A model generated the notes under the pieces. The model worked only from the letters and a program-made list of their open reading frames with translations, did no database searches and had not been told where the DNA came from. From contig JAFYBJ010000008.1 in the NCBI GenBank assembly GCA_017540265.1, positions 8,109 through 72,108 of the forward strand: a stretch of 64,000 nt of DNA, in the 5' to 3' direction. Source of the DNA: Lachnospiraceae bacterium (GTDB lineage Bacteria > Bacillota > Clostridia > Lachnospirales > Lachnospiraceae). Shown one piece after another: positions 1-10,108 of this stretch; the first letter of the stretch is position 1; each line of letters begins with the position of its first letter. The position numbers were made by a program, and so were the translations under genes.

Positions 1-3000
1 TCCGGAGTTATACCAAGAGCCTCTGTATTTTTAAATAAACTCATAACACCCGGATCATCCAGCGGTATATCCAGAGGATCCACATTCGTAAGATCCTGCA
101 GCATCCTGATCATTGTCGGATCGTCGTGCCCGAGTATATCAAGTTTAAGAAGATTCTGGTCTATCTTATGATAATCAAAATGCGTCGTGATTATATTGCT
201 TTCCATATCATCTGCCGGATGCTGTATGGGCGTAAAGGAATTGATATCTTCTCCTTCAGGAAGTACAACTATACCTCCGGGATGCTGCCCCGTGGTATTG
301 CGAACACCGACTATGCCCGCCGAAAGACGTTCGATCTCGGCCTGTCTCTTTTTATTTTCCGTAAGATCAAAGTATTCTCTTGTTATCGCAAAGGAGTTCT
401 TGTCGGCAAGAGTACCAACTGTTCCTGCCTTGTAAGTCTGTCCGTATCCGAAAATGACTTCCGTATATTTATGGGCCTTTGACTGGTATTCACTTGAAAA
501 ATTTAAATCTATATCCGGCTCCTTGTCACCTTTAAATCCAAGGAAGGTCTCAAAAGGAATATCGAAACCGTCTTTTATGAGCATCTCTCCACAAACGGGA
601 CATACTTTGTCAGGCATATCCACACCGGCTCTTCCGGCATATTCCTTAAGTTCCGGAGAATCAAAATCCGAGTATTTGCATTTTCCGCAACGGTAATGGG
701 GAACCAGCGGATTTACCTCGGTTATTCCTGCCATTGTAGCTACAAAAGAAGAACCGACAGATCCTCTCGATCCCACAAGATACCCGTCCTCAACAGATTT
801 CCAAACCAGTTTCTGCGCGATGATATACATGACGGCATAGCCGTTGCCTATTATGGAATTAAGCTCTCTCTCAAGCCTTTCCTGAACTACGGGAGGAAGC
901 TCATCACCATAGAGTTCATGGGCCTTGTCATAGCATATGCGTCTTAAGGTCTTGTCCGAATCCTCAATAACGGGAGGACATTTATCCGGACGCACGGGGG
1001 ATATCACATCGCACATATCGGCTATCTTATTTGGTGCTGTTATAACAGTCTCAAAAGCATCATCAGCACCCAGATATTGAAATTCATCAAGCATCTCCGA
1101 TGTGGTCATAAAATACATCTGTTTTGAGATATTCTCAAGTATGCTTTCAAACTCCTCCTTTGCAGGTTTTTTCTTTGCAAGGAGTTTGTCTTCTTCTTCT
1201 TTTTCCTTTATGGATTTCTCCTCATCCTTCCATATATCACGGCTTCCGTCCTTTGATTTCTTCCTGAAACGTTTTTTTATCTCTCTTGCCTTAAGTATCT
1301 TTTCGTAAAGCACATCATCCGGATCAAGATAATGAACGTCGCCGCAAGCGCATACAGGTTTTCCGAGCTCCTTTCCAAGCGCAAGAATACGTTTGTTGAT
1401 ATCCCTTATATCCTGAATCGAATTTATGGTCGGCATCTTATCGTCATTAATAAAATGACGCAGATTATCCGCCGGCACTATTTCAAGGAAATCATACCAG
1501 GATGCATCCCTTACTATGGCAGCATCACCTCGTTCATTCAGGATATCCTGCATGAGTTCCCCTTCTTCGGAAGCGCTTCCGATGATAAGACCGTCCCTGT
1601 ATTTTTCTATCTCACTTTTTGGAAGGTTAGGTTTTCGTCCGAAGAACCTCAAATGTGATTCGGATACAAGCCTGTAGAGATTGCGCCTTCCGGTTTCATT
1701 CTTTGCAAAAATAAGTGCATTGTAGGGGTGCATTCCCGCAATCTGTGCATCGGAAAGACTGACGGATCTGTTTAAATCTGCCAGTGTATAAATCTTTCTT
1801 TCCTCTAAAAGTTCTATCTGTTTTACAAATATGCCGGCAGTCATCCTGGCATCATCAACAGCTCTGTGATGATGCATAAGCTTAACGCCCAGCGCCTCAG
1901 CCAGCTTATGCAGCTGCATGTTCTTCTGGAAGGGAAGCACTATCCTTGCGATATCTATTGTATCCGTATGTGTAAAATCATATTCAAGGCCGAGCTTCAC
2001 TGCATTGTAGCGTATGAAAGATGTATCAAATCTCGCATTATGTGCGACCAGTACGGAATCCTTACAAAAATCCAAAAACCTCGGAAGTACTTCTTCTATA
2101 CTTCCGGCCTCAGCCACATCGGCGTCCCTTATCGATGTAAGGTCCGTGATCTCAAAAGGTATGGGTTCTCCGGGATTAACAAATTCAGAAAAAACATCCT
2201 TTATCTTGCCGTCTTCAACCTTTACCGCGCCTATCTCTATTATCTTGTTCTTTGTGGGTACAAAGCCGGTGGTCTCAATATCAAAGACAACAAAACGATC
2301 CCGCAGAGTCCGTCCTCTTTCGGCAGTTACGGGGAGCTTTGTATCATCCACAACATAAGCATCCAGGCCGTAGAGTATCTTTATATCTGCGCCTATATCC
2401 GCCTTCTGATGCGCTGCATCGGGGAAACTCTGTACATTTCCGTAATCCGTGACTGCTACCGCGGGATGTCCGAATTTTACCGCACGGGATACTAAATCCT
2501 TTACATCTATGCATCCCGCCATATCGCTCATCTTCGTATGCGCATGGAGCTCCACACGCTTTAATTCATTGAAATCCTGTCTTTCTTCCCTGAAATCTTT
2601 TATTTTTCTGATACCGACAACATTGCCGACCTCAACTTCCTTATCATAGTCGTCATATTTTGCCAGCCCCTTTAATTGTATAAAATCCCCCTTCTTTAAA
2701 GCCCCAAGCATCTGGTCTGCAAATTCGGGAACGATAAAGAGCTTTATTCTCACCGAATCCGTATAATCTGAAATGGTATACTTTATGATCTTTGTTCCGG
2801 TCTTTATATCCCTGTCCTCAATATTAAGTATCTGTCCGTGGAATACCACCTCTCCTATTTCATCGGTGATATCCTTTATGGCCATCACCTCTCCGTCAAA
2901 ATCTCTTCCAAAAACAATGGAAGGATCGTCAGACATGGTAAGAGACTTCATGCGCCCGCCCTTTGAGGATGAACTTTTTCCCTTTTCATAATTGGTTTTA

Positions 3001-3776
3001 TACGGCTTCTTATCAGCCTTTTCCCTTTTATCTGTCTTTTTTTCTTCGGTCTTTTCTGTCTTTTCTTTCTTTTCTTCCAATTTATTTTCCTCAATAACCG
3101 GTATATCTTTAAATTCCGCATCATCAAGTGTCATAAATGCTTCTTCTACGGAACTGTCTTTCTTATCTTCTTCTTTCTTCTCTTCATTATTTTGGGATAA
3201 TACCCTCTTTGATATAGCTTCTATCTCACCCCTGATACGGCTTTCTTTTTCTTTGACCAAAAGCTCTTTCTCTGCTTTTTCGTAAAAAACTTTTATCTCA
3301 AGATCCTGATGAAGCCTGTCGTTAAATACTTTATCAAAAATCTCCTTTACCCTTTTTTCCTTTTCATGGGAAAGAAAAGTATCGGGAAGAGCGATCTTAA
3401 GCTCATTTTCCGAAAGGACAGGCTTTTGTTTTCTTAAAAGTGTATAAATAAATCTGTCATATCTTGATATCTCCAAAAGCACACTTTCATAGTAATTATC
3501 CAGGATATATTCCGTGGTATAGTTTTCAGGAAGTTCATATTCCTCAACGACCTTCACATTCATATGCGTATCCGCAAAGGCCTTCTTTGCCAGTTCATCT
3601 TCAAGCTCATATATCTTTGCTTTTTTTATAAGGCTTCCGCATTTTATATATACTTTTATCACATTCCTTGAAGGGCTCATTGTGATAAGTTTCACAGTGA
3701 CCCCTGAAAAAAAATCATATATTTCCGGAGACATACTCCCCGGATCAAACACTTCCGAAAAAACTTTTTCTTCCAA
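1..3776 (-). CDS. polC: DNA polymerase III PolC-type (3' end runs off the window)
   Basis: Not in the ORF track; translated by hand. TTG start at 3776 after a GAGG SD. Motifs: RVELHAHTKMS (PHP), FDIETTG / AHNARFD / HRAVDDA (DEDDh exonuclease), KEPDIDLNFS and LKLDILGHDDPT (polymerase aspartates). Confidence 0.97.
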   Translation of the reverse strand, partial: MEEKVFSEVFDPGSMSPEIYDFFSGVTVKLITMSPSRNVIKVYIKCGSLIKKAKIYELEDELAKKAFADTHMNVKVVEEYELPENYTTEYILDNYYESVLLEISRYDRFIYTLLRKQKPVLSENELKIALPDTFLSHEKEKRVKEIFDKVFNDRLHQDLEIKVFYEKAEKELLVKEKESRIRGEIEAISKRVLSQNNEEKKEEDKKDSSVEEAFMTLDDAEFKDIPVIEENKLEEKKEKTEKTEEKKTDKREKADKKPYKTNYEKGKSSSSKGGRMKSLTMSDDPSIVFGRDFDGEVMAIKDITDEIGEVVFHGQILNIEDRDIKTGTKIIKYTISDYTDSVRIKLFIVPEFADQMLGALKKGDFIQLKGLAKYDDYDKEVEVGNVVGIRKIKDFREERQDFNELKRVELHAHTKMSDMAGCIDVKDLVSRAVKFGHPAVAVTDYGNVQSFPDAAHQKADIGADIKILYGLDAYVVDDTKLPVTAERGRTLRDRFVVFDIETTGFVPTKNKIIEIGAVKVEDGKIKDVFSEFVNPGEPIPFEITDLTSIRDADVAEAGSIEEVLPRFLDFCKDSVLVAHNARFDTSFIRYNAVKLGLEYDFTHTDTIDIARIVLPFQKNMQLHKLAEALGVKLMHHHRAVDDARMTAGIFVKQIELLEERKIYTLADLNRSVSLSDAQIAGMHPYNALIFAKNETGRRNLYRLVSESHLRFFGRKPNLPKSEIEKYRDGLIIGSASEEGELMQDILNERGDAAIVRDASWYDFLEIVPADNLRHFINDDKMPTINSIQDIRDINKRILALGKELGKPVCACGDVHYLDPDDVLYEKILKAREIKKRFRKKSKDGSRDIWKDEEKSIKEKEEEDKLLAKKKPAKEEFESILENISKQMYFMTTSEMLDEFQYLGADDAFETVITAPNKIADMCDVISPVRPDKCPPVIEDSDKTLRRICYDKAHELYGDELPPVVQERLERELNSIIGNGYAVMYIIAQKLVWKSVEDGYLVGSRGSVGSSFVATMAGITEVNPLVPHYRCGKCKYSDFDSPELKEYAGRAGVDMPDKVCPVCGEMLIKDGFDIPFETFLGFKGDKEPDIDLNFSSEYQSKAHKYTEVIFGYGQTYKAGTVGTLADKNSFAITREYFDLTENKKRQAEIERLSAGIVGVRNTTGQHPGGIVVLPEGEDINSFTPIQHPADDMESNIITTHFDYHKIDQNLLKLDILGHDDPTMIRMLQDLTNVDPLDIPLDDPGVMSLFKNTEALGITP

Positions 3777-3786
3777 AACAACTACC

Positions 3787-4866
3787 TCAATCCACCTGCC
3801 AGTTAAGGAGCTCCTCCTTAAGAACACCAAGAAGTAAACTCTCATCAAACTTCTTTATGATCTCGCCACGCTTTATAAGCAGGCCCACGCCGTCACCGCC
3901 GGCTATTCCTATATCGGCTTCCTTTGCTTCTCCGGGGCCGTTTACCACACAGCCCATAACAGCTATCTTTAAGGACAGCTTCTTTCCCTTTTCTGTTTTT
4001 GATATTTCTTCAACAAGTTCCTCGACCTTCCCTGCAAGTCCTATAAGATCTATCTTAGTACGCCCGCAGGTAGGACAGCTTACAACTTCTATTCCACCGC
4101 TCTTTAACCCGAGACACTTAAGTATCTCTTTAGCCGAACGAACCTCCATCACCGGATCTCCGGTAAGCGATACTCTTATCGTATCTCCTATGCCCTTATT
4201 CAATATGATGCCTAAGCCTGCGGCACTCTTAATATTTCCCCTTATGATGGTTCCTGCTTCCGTTATCCCCACATGTAAGGGATAGGGAGTCTTGTCAGCT
4301 ATAAGCTCATGTGTGCGAACGCTCATCATCACGTCGGAGGACTTTATACTTATGACAATATTGTCATAGCCCGCTTTTTCTATCATATGCACTTTATCCA
4401 GAGCGCTCTCAACTATTCCCTCGGCAGTAACACCATGATATTTATCCACAAGCTCTGCCTCAAGAGATCCTGAATTTACCCCTACCCTTATCGGGATATT
4501 CTTTTCCTTTGCTGCAGCCACGACAGTTTTGAGACGATCCTCTCCGCCTATATTTCCGGGATTTATCCTTATCTTGTCAGCCCCTTTTTCAATGGCCGCA
4601 AGGGCGCAGCGGTAATCAAAATGTATATCAGCCACAAGCGGTATATGAATGCTTTCACGGATCTTTGGAATGGAATCTGCAGCCTCCACAGTGGGAACCG
4701 TACATCTGACTATATCGCATCCCTCCGCCTCAAGAGCCAGTATCTGTTCTATGGTCTTTGACGCATCCTCCGTAGGAGTATTGGTCATTGACTGGATGAG
4801 TATGGGATTTCCTCCGCCTATCACCCTGTCACCTATATGTATCACTTTTGTTTTATCTCTGTACAT
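3787..4866 (-). CDS. ispG: HMBPP synthase IspG
   Basis: IQSMTNT, PLVADIHFDY, RINPGNIG, SCPTCGR, MGCVVNGPGEA. Confidence 0.97.
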   Translation of the reverse strand: MYRDKTKVIHIGDRVIGGGNPILIQSMTNTPTEDASKTIEQILALEAEGCDIVRCTVPTVEAADSIPKIRESIHIPLVADIHFDYRCALAAIEKGADKIRINPGNIGGEDRLKTVVAAAKEKNIPIRVGVNSGSLEAELVDKYHGVTAEGIVESALDKVHMIEKAGYDNIVISIKSSDVMMSVRTHELIADKTPYPLHVGITEAGTIIRGNIKSAAGLGIILNKGIGDTIRVSLTGDPVMEVRSAKEILKCLGLKSGGIEVVSCPTCGRTKIDLIGLAGKVEELVEEISKTEKGKKLSLKIAVMGCVVNGPGEAKEADIGIAGGDGVGLLIKRGEIIKKFDESLLLGVLKEELLNWQVD

Positions 4867-4979
4867 GGATAACCTCCCTTAAATACTGTTATTTCAGATT
4901 ATACTCCAAGCGGCCATTACCTGTGTGTAAAAAAAATCACGTATAAATCCACCTATTTTTTACTTGACAACACTCTGTC

Positions 4980-6020
4980 TTATTTTTCCGTAAAAAGGAT
5001 ATTTATATCCCTGCTTATGATAAAATTTCTTCTTTCGCCTATATGTTCGGAGACGGCATCAGACATGAGGATAAGGATCATTAAAAGTGCAAGTATGAGT
5101 ATATGGGTCTTTCCGGTATTCCCCTTATAAAACACTGAAAGATATTCCGGAAGTAATGAAACCCGGCTTTCCGTCTGCTCTAATATAAACATCACAGCGT
5201 CCACGGAAAGGAAAGCCGAAAGAAATGTCCTTATATCTTCAAATATTTCTGCCACGCTCTTCCTGTATTCTTTATTCTCTGCATCCTTTAGAGCGGAAAG
5301 CAGCCCGGATGCATCACTGTATCTTTTTGACGGATCAGTACTTAAACATTTTTTTATCATATGCCTTTTTGCTTCATTTGTGCATGCTGCAATTGCACCT
5401 TCCACATCAGGCGCAAAAGGAGGCTTTGACGGATCATTTCCTGTTAGCATAAAGCAAAGCAATACACCAAGCGAATAAACATCCGCAGAGGCATCGATCC
5501 TTTTTTCATTCATGCATTCCGGCGCCGCATATCCCCTGCTTCCCGCCCCGCTCTCCACAAAGGCATCTCCGTAGCTCATCACGGCAGCACCCATATCAAC
5601 CAGCTTTATATCACTATCATCCGTGATCATTATATTTTCAGGTTTTATATCCCTGTATATCATGCCGGGGCTGCCCGAATGAAGGAAGGAAAAAAGCTCC
5701 GTTATCTTAAGAAAAAGCTTAAAGGCCCCTTCTGCATCAGGCTTGTTTTCTTCAACATACTGTTTTAAAGTCATGCCTTTTACATATTCCATTATCAGGA
5801 TATCCTTATCCTCATAATGTGCAAAATCGATAAGATAAGGTATGCGTCTGTCATTTATGGCACCAAGTATCTTTGCCTCGTTTTTTAAATTTCTGATATC
5901 CCCTGTCTGCACCTTCATGGCAAACATTCTTCCTGTCCTTATATATCTGGCAAGAAATACTTCCCCCTCACCCCCCTCTGATATCTTTTCTACTATCTCA
6001 TATTCATCACTTATATCCAT
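4980..6020 (-). CDS. Hanks-type Ser/Thr protein kinase with C-terminal hydrophobic segments
   Basis: GGEGEV Gly loop, FAMK, YRDIKPENIM, LVDMG, GSRGYAAPE, DVYSLG. Start chosen 8 nt after GGAGG. Confidence 0.9.
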   Translation of the reverse strand: MDISDEYEIVEKISEGGEGEVFLARYIRTGRMFAMKVQTGDIRNLKNEAKILGAINDRRIPYLIDFAHYEDKDILIMEYVKGMTLKQYVEENKPDAEGAFKLFLKITELFSFLHSGSPGMIYRDIKPENIMITDDSDIKLVDMGAAVMSYGDAFVESGAGSRGYAAPECMNEKRIDASADVYSLGVLLCFMLTGNDPSKPPFAPDVEGAIAACTNEAKRHMIKKCLSTDPSKRYSDASGLLSALKDAENKEYRKSVAEIFEDIRTFLSAFLSVDAVMFILEQTESRVSLLPEYLSVFYKGNTGKTHILILALLMILILMSDAVSEHIGERRNFIISRDINILFTEK

Positions 6021-6071
6021 ATCCATACCTCCATAAAGAATTTCATACATATTTTTAACCATGGTATTCTT

Positions 6072-6776
6072 TCAAAACCTCAGATATATAAGACTCATAT
6101 TATCTCTACAGTCTCTTTTAAGAGCCGTATCCGCAAGAGCCTTTAATCTTTTTTCCGTCTTTCTTTCATCCGCAGGTTCCACGGGACCTGCGGCTTTTAA
6201 AAATTCCTCTTTTTTGATCTTTCCGTACATCCCGTCCGACATCACAAGAAAAGCTGTATCACTTCTTATCTTCCCGAAACTAAGCTTTGGCGGCCTGTAT
6301 CTTCCGCTTCCGATACAGCGTGTGAGTACATTTCCGTTTGCCTGTATATCGCAAATATATTCAGCGTCTTTTGCTGTCAGCTTAAGCACCGTCGAATCTC
6401 CGGCCTGAAAACAGATATACTTATTCCCGTATGCAATAAAAAGTGTAAAAGTTGTCCCCAGTTTTTCATCCTTTTGCATGCCATAGCTTTTTAGTCTTTC
6501 ATGAACCTCATAGAGCTTTCTGTTAACCGCGCCCTCAAGTCTTTTTCTTACGGCAATGCCTCTTAAGATATCAGGCAGCTCGTTATAGAACCATATGCTG
6601 AATTCTTCGGCAACTGTCCCCGAAGCAAAACTGCCTTCATCCATACCTCCGCAGCCGTCACATACAAGCGCCATGATGATATCACCCCGTACGCTTGTAA
6701 GTTTATGCAGAGCTATGCTGTCTTCATTTTTCTCCCTCTTACCTTTTTCGTAGATAACATTACTGAATCTGAACAT
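6072..6776 (-). CDS. PP2C-family Ser/Thr phosphatase
   Basis: NEDS, VCDGCGG, GTTFT, AGDS, MSDG and DNMS metal-binding motifs; AGGAGG SD. Confidence 0.9.
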   Translation of the reverse strand: MFRFSNVIYEKGKREKNEDSIALHKLTSVRGDIIMALVCDGCGGMDEGSFASGTVAEEFSIWFYNELPDILRGIAVRKRLEGAVNRKLYEVHERLKSYGMQKDEKLGTTFTLFIAYGNKYICFQAGDSTVLKLTAKDAEYICDIQANGNVLTRCIGSGRYRPPKLSFGKIRSDTAFLVMSDGMYGKIKKEEFLKAAGPVEPADERKTEKRLKALADTALKRDCRDNMSLIYLRF

Positions 6777-6919
6777 TGGACCTCCTTAGAAAAAAAGAAA
6801 TTAAAAGAGAAACCTGCGTGAAAAAACTGAACATTTACAATTATTTTTAAAACGTGAGATCTGCGAAACAGAAAACCTTCGCAGGCGGGAGAATGAACTC
6901 CCGCACTAAGAAATAATAA

Positions 6920-8002
6920 TTACCTGAAGAATTTTGTTATGTCGTTATAAAGCACAAAGACCATAAGAATAAGAAGGAGTATAAAGCCTGCCATATGCAC
7001 AAAGCCTTCTTTCTCGGGCGGAACCTTTTTACCCGAAACAGCCTCAAATATGAGGAATAAGAGTCTTCCGCCGTCAAGAGCGGGAAGCGGCAGCAGATTC
7101 ATCACGCCTAAATTCACCGAAAGTAAAAGCGCGATATTTACCATGTTTACAAAGACCCAGAATCCCCCGTCCTTCTTTGCGGTTTCCGCGGTATCGTCTA
7201 TAACCTTTGCGATACCTACAGGTCCGGAAAGGTCATCGGCAGAGCCATGCCCCGTTATCATATATTTTAAGCTTTGTATCGTGGCATCAAGCCAGTATCT
7301 TACCTCATACCAGCTGTAAGGAAAAAGCTTAAGATCCCTGCATTCCACAATATCACCGCCTCCGGAAAAACCGATATAATAACGGTTCTCGGATGGTGAA
7401 TATGCCGGTGTGATCTCTGTCTTTACCCGCTCTCCGCCTCTTTCATAAACTATTTCCATGGACTTGCCGCTGTTTAACGCAGAACGGACCATTATCTCTC
7501 TCCAGAGATGAGTCCTGTGGCCGTCAATGCTTATTATCTCATCCCCGGCCTCTATGCCTGCTTCTGCAGCCGGCATTTCAGGATTAACATATGCCACAAT
7601 GGGAAGATCGGAACCGCATACCCATACGATAAACAGAGCTAAAACATATGCAAGTATCACATTAAAAACAGGCCCTGCAATTGTAGTGGAGATACGCCCC
7701 CATACCGGTGCCGCATTATAATCCCCGGGCTTATATTCGACTTCTTTATCCTCATCCTCCTCATCACCGCCATACCCCGGCTCGCCTTCAAATATGCAGG
7801 CTCCGCCTATGGGTAAAAGCCTTATGGCAAAGGTGGTATTCTTCCCCTTTTTCTTAAAAAGCGCAGGGCCCATGCCTATGGTGAATTCCGAAACATTTAT
7901 GCCGTTTAATCTGGCTATGATAAAGTGACCGAATTCATGGCTTACCACCACTACGCTAAAGATCACTATAAAGGATATTATTGTTAAAACCGGTGAATGC
8001 AT
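6920..8002 (-). CDS. rseP: RIP metalloprotease RseP
   Basis: HEFGH, PDZ region, NLLPLPALDGG; directly downstream of dxr. Confidence 0.95.
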   Translation of the reverse strand: MHSPVLTIISFIVIFSVVVVSHEFGHFIIARLNGINVSEFTIGMGPALFKKKGKNTTFAIRLLPIGGACIFEGEPGYGGDEEDEDKEVEYKPGDYNAAPVWGRISTTIAGPVFNVILAYVLALFIVWVCGSDLPIVAYVNPEMPAAEAGIEAGDEIISIDGHRTHLWREIMVRSALNSGKSMEIVYERGGERVKTEITPAYSPSENRYYIGFSGGGDIVECRDLKLFPYSWYEVRYWLDATIQSLKYMITGHGSADDLSGPVGIAKVIDDTAETAKKDGGFWVFVNMVNIALLLSVNLGVMNLLPLPALDGGRLLFLIFEAVSGKKVPPEKEGFVHMAGFILLLILMVFVLYNDITKFFR

Positions 8003-9195
8003 TAATTCTCCTTAAAGACCATGGAAGCAATATGTTCACAGGTTTCCTTCTCCGCCTCAAGTATCTCTTCAAGGGAAGGCGCAGGCTTTACCCTGTGTGC
8101 ATCCATACAGTCATTTATTATCTCCGCGATCTGAAGAAAGCTTATCTTTCTGTCAAGGAAAAGTGAAACAGCCTTCTCATTCGCAGCATTAAATACCACA
8201 GGCATGCTTCCGCCTGTCCCTGCGGCATCAAAGGCAAGCTTAAGTCCGGTAAAGGTCTCCGTATCAGCCCTTTCAAAGGATAACTTTGCTATATCATAAA
8301 AATCAGCTCTCGGAGTATCCATCTTAAGCCTTGAAGGATAGAAAAGCGCATACTGAATCGGCAGCTTCATATCGGGCAGGCCGAGCTCTCCTATAACAGC
8401 ACCGTCCTTAAACTGAACCATGGAATGGATTATGGACTGGGGATGAACCAGCACATTTATATCTGTTGCGGGAACATCAAAAAGCCACGCAGCCTCCATG
8501 ACCTCAAGTCCCTTGTTGACAAGAGTTGCCGAGTCTATTGTTATCTTTTTTCCCATCGACCAGTTTGGATGCTTAAGCGCATCCTCCGGCTTCACATTTT
8601 TAAGCTCATCTCTTTTCTTACCACGGAAAGGACCGCCGGAGCAGGTAAGCCATATCTTTTCAAGGCTGCCTCCCGGAGTCCCCTGAAGTGACTGGAATAT
8701 GGCGCTGTGCTCTGAATCGACCGGAAGTATTCGAACCCCCTTTTCTTTTGCAAGAGGCATTATGATATGCCCGGCCGTGACCAGTGTTTCTTTATTTGCA
8801 AGAGCTATATCCTTACCGGCGTTTATTCCGGCTATGGTAGGTCTTATACCTATCATTCCAACAACGGCTGTAAGCAGTATATCGCTTTCCTCCATTGAAG
8901 CTGCAGCAATAAGCCCATCCATTCCGGACAGTACTTTTACGGGAAGGTCTTTAACCTTTAGCTTAAGCTCCTTAGCGGCATCCTCATCATAAAGCACAGC
9001 GATCAGGGGATTAAACTCCCTGATCTGGGCTTCAAGCTTATCAACGCTCTTTAAAGCCGCAAAAGCAGTAACCTTAAGTCTGTCCGGATACGCACGCACA
9101 ACATCCAGAGCCTGCGTGCCTATAGAGCCCGTTGAACCCAATAATGCTACTCTTTTTACGGTAAAATCTTCTTTTAAAGGATCCGGTCTTTCCAT
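8002..9195 (-). CDS. dxr: 1-deoxy-D-xylulose-5-phosphate reductoisomerase
   Basis: LGSTGSIG, LANKETLV, PVDSEHSAIFQ, HPNWSMGKKITIDSAT. Confidence 0.97.
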   Translation of the reverse strand: MERPDPLKEDFTVKRVALLGSTGSIGTQALDVVRAYPDRLKVTAFAALKSVDKLEAQIREFNPLIAVLYDEDAAKELKLKVKDLPVKVLSGMDGLIAAASMEESDILLTAVVGMIGIRPTIAGINAGKDIALANKETLVTAGHIIMPLAKEKGVRILPVDSEHSAIFQSLQGTPGGSLEKIWLTCSGGPFRGKKRDELKNVKPEDALKHPNWSMGKKITIDSATLVNKGLEVMEAAWLFDVPATDINVLVHPQSIIHSMVQFKDGAVIGELGLPDMKLPIQYALFYPSRLKMDTPRADFYDIAKLSFERADTETFTGLKLAFDAAGTGGSMPVVFNAANEKAVSLFLDRKISFLQIAEIINDCMDAHRVKPAPSLEEILEAEKETCEHIASMVFKEN

Positions 9196-9237
9196 CTTTA
9201 TCTCCATAATGAAAAATAATAAAGGCTGATACTGGTA

Positions 9238-10092
9238 TCAGAGAAAAAGGACATAGCAAAGATATATCATGGGGGCAGTAAATATCATGCTGTCAAAACG
9301 GTCCAGCACGCCGCCGTGCCCCGGTATGATCTTTCCGTAATCCTTTATACCCATATCCCTCTTTACCGCAGATGCGGAGAGATCTCCCACCTGTCCCAAT
9401 ATACTTCCCATAAAACATGTAAGCGGGAATATCCAATACATTCCCGGTATCACAGGCCAGATAAGTCCTACGATGAACGCATAGAGGAGACCTAAAAGTC
9501 CCGCACCCACTGATCCGCCTATGCAGCCCTCTATAGACTTCCTGGGTGAGAGTTTAGGGAAAGCCTTATGCCTTCCGAGCAATACACCAACAAAATATGC
9601 GCAGGTATCGCACCCCCATGCAGAGATCACTATGAGCCATGACATGAAGAATCCTCTGTTAAAGAAGGAGGAAGGAACCCCCGGTACAAAGGGATCTTTC
9701 AGATTTCTTGTCATCAACAGGAATCCTAATGATACCGCTACATAAACAAAAGATACATAGGCAGAAAAAGCCTGCTTTGAATTGTTTGCCGGATAAGTGA
9801 TCACGGTAATGAGCATAAAGAGCGGCAGCAGGATGACAATATAAAGCATTAACATCCTGTAATCCGCCCCGGAAAAGATAAGCAGATCATACGCGACAGT
9901 CGCGCATATGCCCAAAAACTGAAATAAATGAAGTTTGTTTTCTTTGCTGTTTATTCCGAGAGCATTTGTAAACTCTACAAAACCTATTGAAGATATAGCT
10001 GCTATCCCTAATGCCGAAACAATTCCTCCCGGCCAGATAACGGCAAGTATGATCGCCACGACAGCTACGCCGCTTATAACCCTGGTCTTCAA
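9238..10092 (-). CDS. cdsA: phosphatidate cytidylyltransferase
   Basis: SPRKSIEG and KRDMGIKDYGKIIPGHGGVLDRFDS; likely TTG start at 10092 after GGAGG. Confidence 0.95.
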   Translation of the reverse strand: MKTRVISGVAVVAIILAVIWPGGIVSALGIAAISSIGFVEFTNALGINSKENKLHLFQFLGICATVAYDLLIFSGADYRMLMLYIVILLPLFMLITVITYPANNSKQAFSAYVSFVYVAVSLGFLLMTRNLKDPFVPGVPSSFFNRGFFMSWLIVISAWGCDTCAYFVGVLLGRHKAFPKLSPRKSIEGCIGGSVGAGLLGLLYAFIVGLIWPVIPGMYWIFPLTCFMGSILGQVGDLSASAVKRDMGIKDYGKIIPGHGGVLDRFDSMIFTAPMIYLCYVLFL

Positions 10093-10108
10093 AAAAACCT
10101 CCAAAACA

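Noticed and set aside
1119-1292. PolC insertion as an intein
   Set aside because: Too short and lacks the N-terminal Cys/Ser and C-terminal His-Asn splice motifs
126-3285. Many short plus-strand ORFs in the track
   Set aside because: Antisense shadows of polC, which the track missed because its stop lies outside the window
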